Shown here one piece after another: positions 8,034-16,926 of a stretch of DNA of 64,000 bases. Each line of letters starts with the position of its first letter. Position 1 is the first letter of the stretch. The translations under genes were made by a program, and so were the position numbers. The stretch spans positions 256,892-320,891 of the forward strand of contig JAHFNS010000002.1 of the NCBI GenBank assembly GCA_023267215.1. The letters are read 5' to 3'. Source of the DNA: Candidatus Nomurabacteria bacterium (lineage in GTDB: Bacteria; Patescibacteriota; Minisyncoccia; Phycocordibacterales; UBA9973). The notes beneath the pieces were generated by a model. That model made no database searches. It was not told the DNA's origin and saw nothing but the letters and a program-made list of their open reading frames with translations.

Positions 8034-9608
8034 ATGAGTTTCGCAAGAGTTTATTCGGCACAAGTAAACCTCCTTTCTGGAACTATCGTTACAATCGAAG
8101 TTGATTTGTCGCGTGGGTTGCACACTTTTAATGTTGTTGGTTTGCCAGACTCTGCTGTAAATGAATCCAAAGATAGAGTGAGTTCAGCTATAAAAAATTC
8201 TGGTTTTAAATCTCCTAAAGCTAAAAATCAAAAAATAATAGTTTCTCTTTCACCGGCCGATCTTAAAAAAGAAGGGCCGTTTTTTGATCTAGCTATCGCA
8301 CTCTCATATCTACTGGCAGCAGATGATTTGGAATTTGATTCAGAAAAAAAGATTTTTTTAGGTGAACTTGGGTTAGATGGAACCTTGAGACGCATAAGAG
8401 GAGCCTTGCCTCTTGTCATGGAAGCGAAAAGGGCAGGATATGAAGAAGTTTACCTGCCGAAAGAGAATGCAGTGGAGGCCGCGCTTATTGATGGCATAAA
8501 AATTTTTGGCGCAGAAACATTGAAAGAAGTTGTGGAGCATATTGATAGTGAAAAAAGACCGTCTTTAAAGAATTCCCAAAAGACGGTCTTTGGGGAAAGA
8601 AGGTTAATTAAGGTGCAACCAAAAACGGAAATAATTTATAAAAAAGAAAAAAGAAATTCTGACTTTTCTGATATTAAAGGTCAAGAAGGAGCAAAAAGAG
8701 GGCTCGAGATAGCTGCAGCTGGAGGACACAATATAGCAATGTATGGCCCACCAGGTACAGGTAAGACGATGCTCGCTAGGGCTTTCTCTCAATTGCTTCC
8801 AGATTTGAGTTTGGACGATGTGTTGGAAATCACAGGAATACATTCCGTGTCTGGGGCGACACAAGGTGAACTTATTTCGACTCCACCTTTCCGCTGCCCA
8901 CATCATACTTCTTCTTATGTTTCTATTATCGGGGGAGGAACATATCCGAAACCGGGGGAGGTGACTCTCTCACACAAAGGAGTGCTTTTTCTAGACGAAT
9001 TTCCAGAGTTTGAAAAAAGAGTTATAGAATCTTTACGTCAACCACTAGAAGATAATATTGTTTCTATTTCTCGATCAAAAGGGACTGCTACTTTTCCTTC
9101 GAATTTTATTTTAGTTGCAGCTATGAACCCTTGTCCATGTGGAAATACAGGGAATAAACAGAAAGTTTGTATTTGTCGGCCGTCGGATTTAGATAGATAT
9201 AAAAGAAAATTGTCTGGGCCAATAATGGACCGCATTGATCTCTGGGTGTCTGTCGGCAATGTTGATTACAAAAAGTTAGGCGAAATAGGGGATGGAGAGA
9301 AAAGCGAAAATATAAAAAAGAGAGTGGAGAATGCACGTAAGATTCAATCTGAAAGATTTCAAAAATTTAAGAGAAATATAACGACCAATAGTGAGATGAA
9401 TGTGAAAGATTTAGCCAGTATGGTGAAGCTTGATGAAAAAGTGAGGAATCTTTTAGATGATAGTGCGGAACGTCTTGCCCTATCTGCTCGTGCATATCAT
9501 CGTGTAATAAAAATAGCCCGCACTATAGCCGACCTCGAAAATTCTCCAGATGTAAATTCAAATCATATCCTCGAAGCGATACAATATAGGCCGAAGGTGA
9601 ATAATTAA
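8034..9608 (+). CDS. comM: YifB/ComM-family Mg-chelatase-like AAA+ ATPase
   Basis: N-terminal Lon-protease-like domain, Walker A GPPGTGKT, and a C-terminal Mg-chelatase domain. Confidence 0.85.
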   Translation: MSFARVYSAQVNLLSGTIVTIEVDLSRGLHTFNVVGLPDSAVNESKDRVSSAIKNSGFKSPKAKNQKIIVSLSPADLKKEGPFFDLAIALSYLLAADDLEFDSEKKIFLGELGLDGTLRRIRGALPLVMEAKRAGYEEVYLPKENAVEAALIDGIKIFGAETLKEVVEHIDSEKRPSLKNSQKTVFGERRLIKVQPKTEIIYKKEKRNSDFSDIKGQEGAKRGLEIAAAGGHNIAMYGPPGTGKTMLARAFSQLLPDLSLDDVLEITGIHSVSGATQGELISTPPFRCPHHTSSYVSIIGGGTYPKPGEVTLSHKGVLFLDEFPEFEKRVIESLRQPLEDNIVSISRSKGTATFPSNFILVAAMNPCPCGNTGNKQKVCICRPSDLDRYKRKLSGPIMDRIDLWVSVGNVDYKKLGEIGDGEKSENIKKRVENARKIQSERFQKFKRNITTNSEMNVKDLASMVKLDEKVRNLLDDSAERLALSARAYHRVIKIARTIADLENSPDVNSNHILEAIQYRPKVNN

Positions 9609-9647
9609 AGAAGGCCTTGCCTTCTCCAGTTATCCACAGGTAGATGA

Positions 9648-9676
9648 TTGACAGTGAACGCTCGTTCACTTATACT
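9648..9676 (+). promoter_or_regulatory. SOS promoter TTGACA-N17-TATACT with a Cheo-type LexA box (GAACGCTCGTTC, 9656-9667) in the spacer
   Basis: TTGACA at 9648-9653, TATACT at 9671-9676, and the palindrome GTGAACGCTCGTTCAC overlapping the spacer. It lies upstream of the small ORF and lexA. Confidence 0.6.
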
Positions 9677-9754
9677 TATTTACATAAGTAGAAGGTCAAT
9701 TAGTAACAATTTAATAATCCTGCTTCGCATAAAGCTACGCAGGACAAGGAATAT

Positions 9755-9964
9755 ATGTCACAAAAACAATATTTAAAAACAGTTGAAAGAGAGATCCAGA
9801 GAATTAATAGAATAATTGATTTCAAAATCCTTCGTGGAGAGGAATATACAAAAGAGGCGAGAGATCACAAACTTCTCTTAAAGAAAGTTCGTTATCATAA
9901 CAGACAGGGTTTCTTTAAAAGAATTTTTTCTTCACCTAGCTTTCGGATCGCTTCCTTTTTTTAA
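9755..9964 (+). CDS. Small hypothetical protein (69 aa), co-transcribed upstream of lexA
   Basis: AAGGA RBS 7 nt upstream. It sits between the SOS promoter and lexA. Confidence 0.4.
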   Translation: MSQKQYLKTVEREIQRINRIIDFKILRGEEYTKEARDHKLLLKKVRYHNRQGFFKRIFSSPSFRIASFF

Positions 9965-9984
9965 ACGACATTTCGTTTCCTTAA

Positions 9985-10551
9985 ATGAAAAACTCACATC
10001 AAAAAAAAATAGAATCTTTCTACGGAAAAAATAAAAGAATGCCAACGTATTCTGAGATGATGGATCTTTTTGGTTTCAAATCTAAGAATGCTGTATTTAA
10101 AATTGTAAATAAATTGATCGAAGGTGGGCTCGTATCGAAAGATCATCTAGGGAGATTAGTGCCGACAGAATCATTCGGAGAAATCCCAATGCTTGGCTTC
10201 GTGACAGCTGGGCTTCCTGCATCTGTCGAAGAAGAAATGACAGACACAGTAAATCTAGATGACTTTTTGATTAAAAACAAACCACTGACTTATATGCTGG
10301 AAGTTGATGGGGACTCCATGATAGATGCACATATAGAAAAAGGGGATATGATTCTCGTCGAGAAGGCGAATACCGCCAGGGACATGCAGATAGTTATAGC
10401 GGAAGTAGATGGAGAGTTTACGATGAAATATTTTAGAAAGGTTGGGAACAAGTCTTGGCTCGAACCTGCTAATAAAAATTATAAACCCATTTACCCGACC
10501 CAAAGCTTGAATGTGGTAGCTATCCTCAAAGCTGTGGTTAGGAAATACTAA
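9985..10551 (+). CDS. lexA: LexA repressor (S24 peptidase)
   Basis: Winged-HTH N-terminus, an AG cleavage site (VTAGLPA), catalytic Ser (DGDSM) and Lys (KYFRK). Confidence 0.85.
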   Translation: MKNSHQKKIESFYGKNKRMPTYSEMMDLFGFKSKNAVFKIVNKLIEGGLVSKDHLGRLVPTESFGEIPMLGFVTAGLPASVEEEMTDTVNLDDFLIKNKPLTYMLEVDGDSMIDAHIEKGDMILVEKANTARDMQIVIAEVDGEFTMKYFRKVGNKSWLEPANKNYKPIYPTQSLNVVAILKAVVRKY

Positions 10552-10568
10552 TTAATTTATATAAATCA

Positions 10569-10595
10569 AAAAATCCCCTAGAAGGGGATTTTTTG
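10569..10595. terminator. Bidirectional intrinsic terminator (AAATCCCC-TAGAA-GGGGATTT plus T-tract) between lexA and hup
   Basis: Perfect 8-bp GC-containing stem flanked by A and T runs on both sides. Confidence 0.6.
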
Positions 10596-10624
10596 TGAGT
10601 CAATTCTTTTCGCGCGAAAAGAAT

Positions 10625-10897
10625 TTATGCAACTGCGTCTTTTAAAGCCTTTGCAGCTCTAAATTTTGGAACTTTCTTTGCAGCTACTTTGACTTGTTCT
10701 CCAGTTTTTGGATTACGAGCCATTCTTGCAGCACGTCCTTTTACTGAAAAGATTCCGAAACCAGCTATTGATACTTCGCCACCTTTTTTCATAGTGGAAA
10801 CGATCGCATCAAACAATCCATCAACGATTTCCTCAGCTTGTACTTTTGTACCACCAAGTTTACCGTGTACCAATTCAGCTAATGCTTGTTTATTCAT
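10625..10897 (-). CDS. hup: HU-family DNA-binding protein
   Basis: 90 aa; the GFGIFSVKGRAARMARNPKTGE arm motif. Confidence 0.9.
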   Translation of the reverse strand: MNKQALAELVHGKLGGTKVQAEEIVDGLFDAIVSTMKKGGEVSIAGFGIFSVKGRAARMARNPKTGEQVKVAAKKVPKFRAAKALKDAVA

Positions 10898-11111
10898 ATC
10901 TTTTTTAGGTTATTTTTATAATGCTTTCGACCATTTATCTATATAATTACTACCTATACATTATATATCAAGGGTTTTTTAAGGCAAGCTTGTAATAGTC
11001 TTCGCAGAATATAACTTTTTAAGGGGTAAGGCCTCCGACGGCGAGCCAATTTCAGGATTTTTTAAGCTTCAAAAAATCTGTACCGACAAAAAGTTTATAT
11101 TCTGTGAAGAC

Positions 11112-12641
11112 TTATCTTGCGTATTCTATAATTCTTGTCTCTCTTATCATGGTTACTTTAATTTCTCCTGGATATTTTAATTCTTGTTCTATTTTTACAG
11201 CAATATCATGTGCCATTATCTTTGCTTCAGCATCTGAAACTTTTTCTGGGGTGACGAAGATACGAATTTCACGTCCAGCCTGTAGAGCGTATGATTTATC
11301 TACTCCTTCAAAGGTGTTTACCAAAGCTTCAAGTTCTTGTAATCGCTTTAAATAATTTTCTACTGAATCACGGCGTGCTCCTGGTCTACCTCCAGAGATA
11401 GCATCGGCTGTCTGAACGATCACTGCTTCTATTGTTTCGTAAGGATGATCTTCATGGTGAGATTTCATAGCAACAATAATGCGTTCATCTGCTCCAAATT
11501 TTTGCAAAATTCTAATTCCTATTTCTATGTGTGTACCTTGTACTTCGTGGTCGAGAGCTTTTCCTATATCGTGTACGAGCGCGCCTGCTTTTGCTATGGC
11601 GACATCTGCACCCAATTCTTCTGCTATCATTCCAGCGATATGAGCCATTTCAATTGAATGTTGGAGAACATTTTGTCCATAACTTGTACGGAAGTAAAGT
11701 CTCCCTAAAATGGCGATAATGCGTGGATCAAAATTAAATATCCCACATTCATATACGGCTTGTTCACCTTTTTCTTTAATAATTTTATTTATATCTTCTT
11801 TAGCTTTTTCTACTAGTTCTTCAATTTTGGCTGGTTGAATGCGTCCATCTAGAATTAAATTCTCAAGTGCAAGTCTAGCGACTTGGCGTCTGATAGGATC
11901 AAATGAGGAAATGATGATTGAACCTGGAGTGTCATCCACAATGAGTTCAACTCCAGCTGCTCGCTCAAAAGCCCTTATATTTCGGCCTTCTTTTCCGATA
12001 ACTTTACCTTTTATTTCATTATTTGGAATACTGACTATCGTCGTCATGAGTTCTGATGCGGTACTAGAAGCGAGGCGTTGAATAGAAGTTGCTAATATTT
12101 CTTTTGCTCTTCTGTCCAATTTTTCTTCATTATTGTTTTCAAGTTTTTGAATTCTAATTAAAAGATCTTCTTCGTATTTTTTCTCAATATCTCGCATTAA
12201 TTCTTCCTTGGCCTCTTCTGTGGTGAGCTTAGATACTCTTTCGAGTTCAACTCTTTTTTCTGTTTCTATCCCCAAAACCCTTTCTTGGATTTTTTTAATT
12301 TCTTCAACTTTAGCTTTAATATTTTCTGTTTCTTTATTTATTTCAACTTGTCGAGCGTCTAAAAACTCATCTTTTTTGATAAGTCTTTTTTCTGTCTCTT
12401 TAAAATCTTGTTCGTGTTTTTTATCCTCCTCCTTTAACTCTTTTAAGGTCTTTTCGACTTTTTCTTTTGCCTCATCGGTGATCTTTTGTGCTTCTTCTTT
12501 TGCACCGACCATCATTTGTTTGATGTCTATCTCTATAGATTTTCTCTTTCCTAATGCGACGATAACTCGGAGATAATATCCGATACCAATTCCCAAAAGG
12601 AGTACGGAGACTCCAATCAAGATTACTATTAATGTACTCAT
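11112..12641 (-). CDS. rny: Ribonuclease Y
   Basis: N-terminal TM helix, coiled coil, KH domain and an HD domain (HSIEMAHIAG..LVHDIGK). Confidence 0.9.
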   Translation of the reverse strand: MSTLIVILIGVSVLLLGIGIGYYLRVIVALGKRKSIEIDIKQMMVGAKEEAQKITDEAKEKVEKTLKELKEEDKKHEQDFKETEKRLIKKDEFLDARQVEINKETENIKAKVEEIKKIQERVLGIETEKRVELERVSKLTTEEAKEELMRDIEKKYEEDLLIRIQKLENNNEEKLDRRAKEILATSIQRLASSTASELMTTIVSIPNNEIKGKVIGKEGRNIRAFERAAGVELIVDDTPGSIIISSFDPIRRQVARLALENLILDGRIQPAKIEELVEKAKEDINKIIKEKGEQAVYECGIFNFDPRIIAILGRLYFRTSYGQNVLQHSIEMAHIAGMIAEELGADVAIAKAGALVHDIGKALDHEVQGTHIEIGIRILQKFGADERIIVAMKSHHEDHPYETIEAVIVQTADAISGGRPGARRDSVENYLKRLQELEALVNTFEGVDKSYALQAGREIRIFVTPEKVSDAEAKIMAHDIAVKIEQELKYPGEIKVTMIRETRIIEYAR

Positions 12642-12834
12642 AAGCCTTTAAGTCGGCTTATAAAAACAAACCACTATATTCGTGAGCTTTTTTCTTCAAG
12701 AAAGATATTATAATTTTTCTTTAATAACAACATAAAATATATGGGATATTCCTATAAACCAATCGAAAATAAATTTTTAAAATCTGACTTATTAAATATA
12801 ACAAATTGAAAGTGTTTTGTCCACTTTCAAAAGT

Positions 12835-13437
12835 CTAAGTTTTAATAGCAACAGAGGCTTTGGATTTCGTGACTATTTCGTCGATAATGCCATATTTTTT
12901 GGCTTCTTCTGCATCCATAAAGAAATCTCTTTCCACATCCTTTTCTATCTGTGCGAATAGCTTGCCTGTATTTTTAGCTAGAATTTTATTTAAATTGTCT
13001 CTTGTTTTTAGAATATGTTTTGCTGTGATGGCTATGTCTGTGGCTTGACCTTCTACTCCACCCAATGGTTGATGGATCATTATTTCAGCATTTGGCAAAA
13101 TGAATCTTTTACCTTTTTTACCAGCAGATAAGATAATGGCTGCGCCAGATGCTGCTATGCCGACACAAAAAGTGGAAATGTCTGGACGGACATGGTTCAT
13201 AGTGTCTACTATGGCGAGAGTGGAAGTGACAGAACCGCCAGGGGAATTTATGTAAAGCGAAATATCTTTCTTTGAATCTTCGGATTCTAGGAATAAAAGC
13301 TGTGCGATGACGATGTTTGCCACGTTGTCATCGATAGGTCCGGCTAAGAATACTATTCTTTCTCTTAAAAGACGGGAATATATATCATAAGCTCTTTCGC
13401 CGAACTGACTTTTTTCTATAACGGTTGGGATTAACAT
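12835..13437 (-). CDS. clpP: ATP-dependent Clp protease proteolytic subunit
   Basis: [11 protein letters not shown] and IMIHQPLGG Ser-His-Asp triad motifs. Confidence 0.9.
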   Translation of the reverse strand: MLIPTVIEKSQFGERAYDIYSRLLRERIVFLAGPIDDNVANIVIAQLLFLESEDSKKDISLYINSPGGSVTSTLAIVDTMNHVRPDISTFCVGIAASGAAIILSAGKKGKRFILPNAEIMIHQPLGGVEGQATDIAITAKHILKTRDNLNKILAKNTGKLFAQIEKDVERDFFMDAEEAKKYGIIDEIVTKSKASVAIKT

Positions 13438-13472
13438 GATTGTATTATATGTTAAATTTATAATTTTTTCAA

Positions 13473-13546
13473 ACCCCCTAAATCCCCCTTGTCAGGGGGC
13501 ATACCTCACCCCCTGACCCCCTCTCCTTATTAAGGAGAGGGGGAAT
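13473..13546. repeat. GC-rich multi-hairpin REP-like element (CCCCCTTGTCAGGGGG / CCTCACCCC / CCCCTCTCCTTATTAAGGAGAGGGGG)
   Basis: Three consecutive GC-rich palindromes in an otherwise AT-rich intergenic region. Same family as 1767-1806, 14893-14981 and 61691-61786. Confidence 0.65.
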
Positions 13547-13570
13547 ATGATATGATGAATTGTAAGATTT

Positions 13571-13789
13571 ATGAAAAATTTGAGCATTGTTCACAAAATA
13601 ATAGGAATAAGTTTCATAGTGGTGGGGTTAATCTCTTATGTCTTTCCAGTTCCGGGGAGTACTGTCCTCGTTGTATTGGGTTTTGTCTGGTTAATAGGCA
13701 AAGATAGGTCTTTGTATTTCTTGAAAGAAATTTTAGGTAAGAAAATATTCAAATTATTAAAAATAAAAAAGGTAGTAAAAGAAATATAA
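13571..13789 (+). CDS. Small hypothetical membrane protein
   Basis: ORF with one or two predicted TM helices; no motif. Confidence 0.3.
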   Translation: MKNLSIVHKIIGISFIVVGLISYVFPVPGSTVLVVLGFVWLIGKDRSLYFLKEILGKKIFKLLKIKKVVKEI

Positions 13790-13792
13790 AAT

Positions 13793-14173
13793 ATGTTTTT
13801 AAATATTATTTTAAATTTTTTTATTGGTTTGATTGTCGGTCTTGTTTTGGAATATATCTATAGATCTCACGAAAACAAAAGATTAGTAAAACCAAAATTA
13901 ATAGATGCACAAATGTATGCCCTGATAGGAGCATTTTTAGCTCTTCTTAGTTTTTTTGAAATGCCATTAGTCTATAAAGTAGTACTGATTTTTATAGTTC
14001 CGACATTAGTGGAATTTTTGACTGGTTATTTAGATTTGAAAATAAAGAAAGTCAGGTTGTGGAATTATTCTAAAGAGAAATTTAACTTTATGGGCTTGAT
14101 TTGCCTACGTTTTTCCTTATATTGGTTTCTGATTTCCTTAATTTACTACTACTATTTGATGCCTAGGTTTTGA
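13793..14173 (+). CDS. Small hypothetical membrane protein
   Basis: ORF with multiple hydrophobic helices; no motif. Confidence 0.3.
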   Translation: MFLNIILNFFIGLIVGLVLEYIYRSHENKRLVKPKLIDAQMYALIGAFLALLSFFEMPLVYKVVLIFIVPTLVEFLTGYLDLKIKKVRLWNYSKEKFNFMGLICLRFSLYWFLISLIYYYYLMPRF

Positions 14174-14841
14174 TCATCTTCCCGAGGGTTATCCTCGGGA
14201 AATTCACTAAAATCATCCACAATAGTGCTGTAATCAATAATGTTTGTTTCCTCAACCGGGAATAGTTTAGGATTTATGATTTTATAATCTGAAGAGAGAT
14301 ATTCTTGCAAGCTCGAATATGGATATTCAGAAATAAATTTTTTAAGTTGGTTTAAAAAACTTTTTGATTGAGTTTTCCAATTTGAATTTTTTAGTTTTGC
14401 TGGATTTAAATGGATATATGCATAAATATACCTTAAATATATATCATCATCTATATATTCTGATTTAAAAGTTCCTTGGAAAAGAGCACCTACTCTATCA
14501 TTTTTTTTATTAAAATACATAGAATAGCCAGTTTGAAGTTTAAGCATAAATTTTGAAACTCCTCCATCCACAAGGGGAGTAAGTAATAAATGAAAATGAT
14601 TTGGCATTAAACAATATGCTCCAATGGCCACGAGTTGTTCCCCTCGGTCCTGTTTGAAAATTTCTTCTATTGAGATAGAACCAAAATCTTTTATATGTAG
14701 AGGTTGGTCGTTGTTTGCGATATAAAGTAATATTAAAAATCTTTTATATTCAGAAGAATTTTGAAATATTTTTCGTTTCTCTACGCCACGATTGTAAATA
14801 TGGTAGAATTCTTCTACCTCAAGTTTTGTTTTTCGTTCCAT
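14152..14841 (-). CDS. IS200-like / REP-associated (RAYT) Y1 HUH transposase
   Basis: HUH motif (NHFHLLL) and catalytic Tyr motif (YIHLNPAK). The probable ATG is at 14841; the ORF track extends to a TTG at 14859. The C-terminal codons overlap the 14179-14201 palindrome. Confidence 0.7.
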   Translation of the reverse strand: MERKTKLEVEEFYHIYNRGVEKRKIFQNSSEYKRFLILLYIANNDQPLHIKDFGSISIEEIFKQDRGEQLVAIGAYCLMPNHFHLLLTPLVDGGVSKFMLKLQTGYSMYFNKKNDRVGALFQGTFKSEYIDDDIYLRYIYAYIHLNPAKLKNSNWKTQSKSFLNQLKKFISEYPYSSLQEYLSSDYKIINPKLFPVEETNIIDYSTIVDDFSEFPEDNPREDDQNLGIK

Positions 14842-14884
14842 ATAATAATTATAGCACAAAATTTCCCGAGGGTTATCCTCGGGG
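14179..14884 (-). mobile_element. RAYT/IS200-like unit bounded by two copies of the palindrome CCCGAGGGTTATCCTCGGG (14179-14201 and 14864-14884)
   Basis: Identical 19-bp palindromes sit at both ends of the transposase gene, which lies between the normally adjacent tig and clpP. Confidence 0.5.
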
Positions 14885-14892
14885 AGTTTAAT

Positions 14893-14981
14893 TGTCAGGG
14901 GGGGGATACCTCACCCCTAACCCCTCTCCTTAATAAGGAGAGGGGGAAAGTTTCTCTACTGAGAAACTGGGGTGAGGTGGA
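14893..14981. repeat. GC-rich multi-hairpin REP-like element
   Basis: TTGTCAGGGGGGGG..CCTCACCCC..CCCCTCTCCTTAATAAGGAGAGGGGG..GGGGTGAGG. Same family and orientation as 13473-13546. Confidence 0.65.
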
Positions 14982-16091
14982 TTAATTTTGATTTTCTAGA
15001 AATTGGAAAACAGCTTCATTTGTAAGCACATTTTCGGCATGCATTTGAGCTCTTTCAAGGTCTGCATCTTTATAATGTTCGAGTATAGCTGCAACTTCTT
15101 TGGCTACTTGTTCAGGATCTGCTGCTATTTTTTCATCTGCAGCTATTTTGTTTAAGACTAGCGCGAACTTGGCTTTTTTTTCTGCATCATTTCTAAATTC
15201 TTTTCTCAAATCTTCCACAGTTTTACTCAAATGTTTTAGATAATCTTCAAATTTTAAACCCATCTGAGTGATGTCGGATTCCATACGATATAAAATTTTA
15301 TCGAGTTCTACTTCAATTAAAATTTCTGGGAGCTCAACTTTCAAATCATCGATTATTTTTTCAACGATTTTCAATCTAGTTTTTTCTTTTAGTTGGTTTC
15401 CTTTTTCTAATTTTATATTTTCTTTTAGTTTTGTCTTGAAATCCTCTACGTTTTTGAAGGGCCCTAGAGCTTGGACGAATTCATCATTAAACTCTGGTAA
15501 TTCGGCTTCTTTTGGTTCTTCGTGCTTGTGTTCCTCACCTTCTTTATGTACGTGTTCAGCCTCGTCTCCACCCTTCGCTAAAGCTTCGGAGGACGTAGCT
15601 GCCATGTGAATTTTTGGAGCGCGGGATTTTCTAATGTCCATGATTGTGTCTTCAACTTCTTTTTCTGTCACTTCAGTATTTTTTTCTTTATCTGTTATTC
15701 CAGAAATTATTTTTTTAGCAATATTTTTATAATCCGGCAATGTCATTTCTGGAAGGGTGGCGGTTTTTATTTTAAATCCTAACGGATTCTTGCGGGCAAG
15801 TTTGGTGATAGAAATTTCTGGGCGACTGATTGCGTCAATTTTATTTTCTTCTAAAATCTTTGGATAATGTTCGGAAAGAGCCATTTCTGCCATCTCTCCT
15901 AATATTTGTGCTTCTGGAATTTTAGAAAGTAAAACACTCTCAGGGACTTTTCCCTTACGAAAACCATCTATTTCTAAATTCTCACCGATTCGTTTTAAAG
16001 CCTTGTTAAAATAGGTCTCAAAAACCTCTGCGTCAATTTCTCCTTCAATCTCCACCTCACTTTTTGGTAATTTGTTGATTTTTATTTGCAT
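14982..16091 (-). CDS. tig: Trigger factor (compact, 369 aa)
   Basis: The N-terminal ribosome-binding domain (GFRKGKVP) and overall profile resemble trigger factor, and it is the neighbour of clpP. Confidence 0.8.
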   Translation of the reverse strand: MQIKINKLPKSEVEIEGEIDAEVFETYFNKALKRIGENLEIDGFRKGKVPESVLLSKIPEAQILGEMAEMALSEHYPKILEENKIDAISRPEISITKLARKNPLGFKIKTATLPEMTLPDYKNIAKKIISGITDKEKNTEVTEKEVEDTIMDIRKSRAPKIHMAATSSEALAKGGDEAEHVHKEGEEHKHEEPKEAELPEFNDEFVQALGPFKNVEDFKTKLKENIKLEKGNQLKEKTRLKIVEKIIDDLKVELPEILIEVELDKILYRMESDITQMGLKFEDYLKHLSKTVEDLRKEFRNDAEKKAKFALVLNKIAADEKIAADPEQVAKEVAAILEHYKDADLERAQMHAENVLTNEAVFQFLENQN

Positions 16092-16130
16092 TTCTCTACT
16101 TTATACTAAAAGCCAATTTTTTTCAAATTA

Positions 16131-16162
16131 AAAACATCTACGCGACTAGCGTAGATGTTTTT
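16131..16162 (-). terminator. Intrinsic terminator hairpin CATCTACGC-GACTA-GCGTAGATG plus T-tract
   Basis: 9-bp perfect stem followed by TTTTT. It lies downstream of the 16175..16486 gene. Confidence 0.5.
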
Positions 16163-16174
16163 GGGAGATAATTT

Positions 16175-16486
16175 TTAAGCTGCTTCTTTCTTTTCTAATT
16201 CTTTTCTAATTTTTATTGTTTCCAGTAATACTATCAGTCTATCTAAATCATAATAAGAATATGGAGTTTTTTCACCTGAGGGTTTATCTTGAGGAGAGAT
16301 ATCTTCTTCTATAAGTAATTTCCATACTTCATTTTTTTTATCAAATTCGTTTTGACAGCTTCTGTCTAGAAAGTCTTTGATTTTGTCTTCATTTGCCCCC
16401 GTATTATCTTTTAAGAACTTAGCAAGCCCTGATTCAGAATACGAATTTTTTAGTTTAGATTCCTGATTGAAATTTTCTTTAAACAT
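16175..16486 (-). CDS. Hypothetical protein
   Basis: ORF only. Confidence 0.35.
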   Translation of the reverse strand: MFKENFNQESKLKNSYSESGLAKFLKDNTGANEDKIKDFLDRSCQNEFDKKNEVWKLLIEEDISPQDKPSGEKTPYSYYDLDRLIVLLETIKIRKELEKKEAA

Positions 16487-16544
16487 AAGTTTATACTACA
16501 TTTATTTTTTTAATAAAGCAAAATGAGCATCGGAAGTTTTATTT

Positions 16545-16710
16545 TTTATTTAGCTATTTGGTTTACAGCAGCTGCGCTTTGGTTGGCTTTCTGATTATTT
16601 TTTATTTCTTGTATTTTGGAATAAAAAATATAGATTCCGCCGATTATAAGAATAATAACAATAACTATCGAACCAAAGAGCGCTCCATCTGATTTTTTTT
16701 CTGTTTCCAT
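16545..16710 (-). CDS. Small (~55 aa) hypothetical membrane protein, below the ORF-track cutoff
   Basis: ATG at 16708-16710. It encodes METEKKSDGALFGSIVIVIILIIGGIYIFYSK.., a single TM helix. Confidence 0.3.
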
Positions 16711-16926
16711 GGTTTTAATTAGTTATCTTATAATAAATTAATTATATCACCTTATACGGTTAAAAGGTATTTTTGGTGCTATTTTATTCCTTTGACTTTA
16801 AATAAGCGTTCGGGTATAGTTATTTTGAGTCATTTGGATTATAGAAAGTCGAAGATCTATAGTCTTTTTTTATTAGCCTGCCCTGAGTTTTATCGAAGGG
16901 TTTATTATTAATCATTTTATAATTTT

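Noticed and set aside
14152-14859. TTG start at 14859 for the transposase, as given in the ORF track
   Set aside because: The in-frame ATG at 14841 (MERKTKLEVEEFYHIYNRG) matches the conserved Y1-transposase N-terminus. The extra six codons overlap the flanking palindrome.
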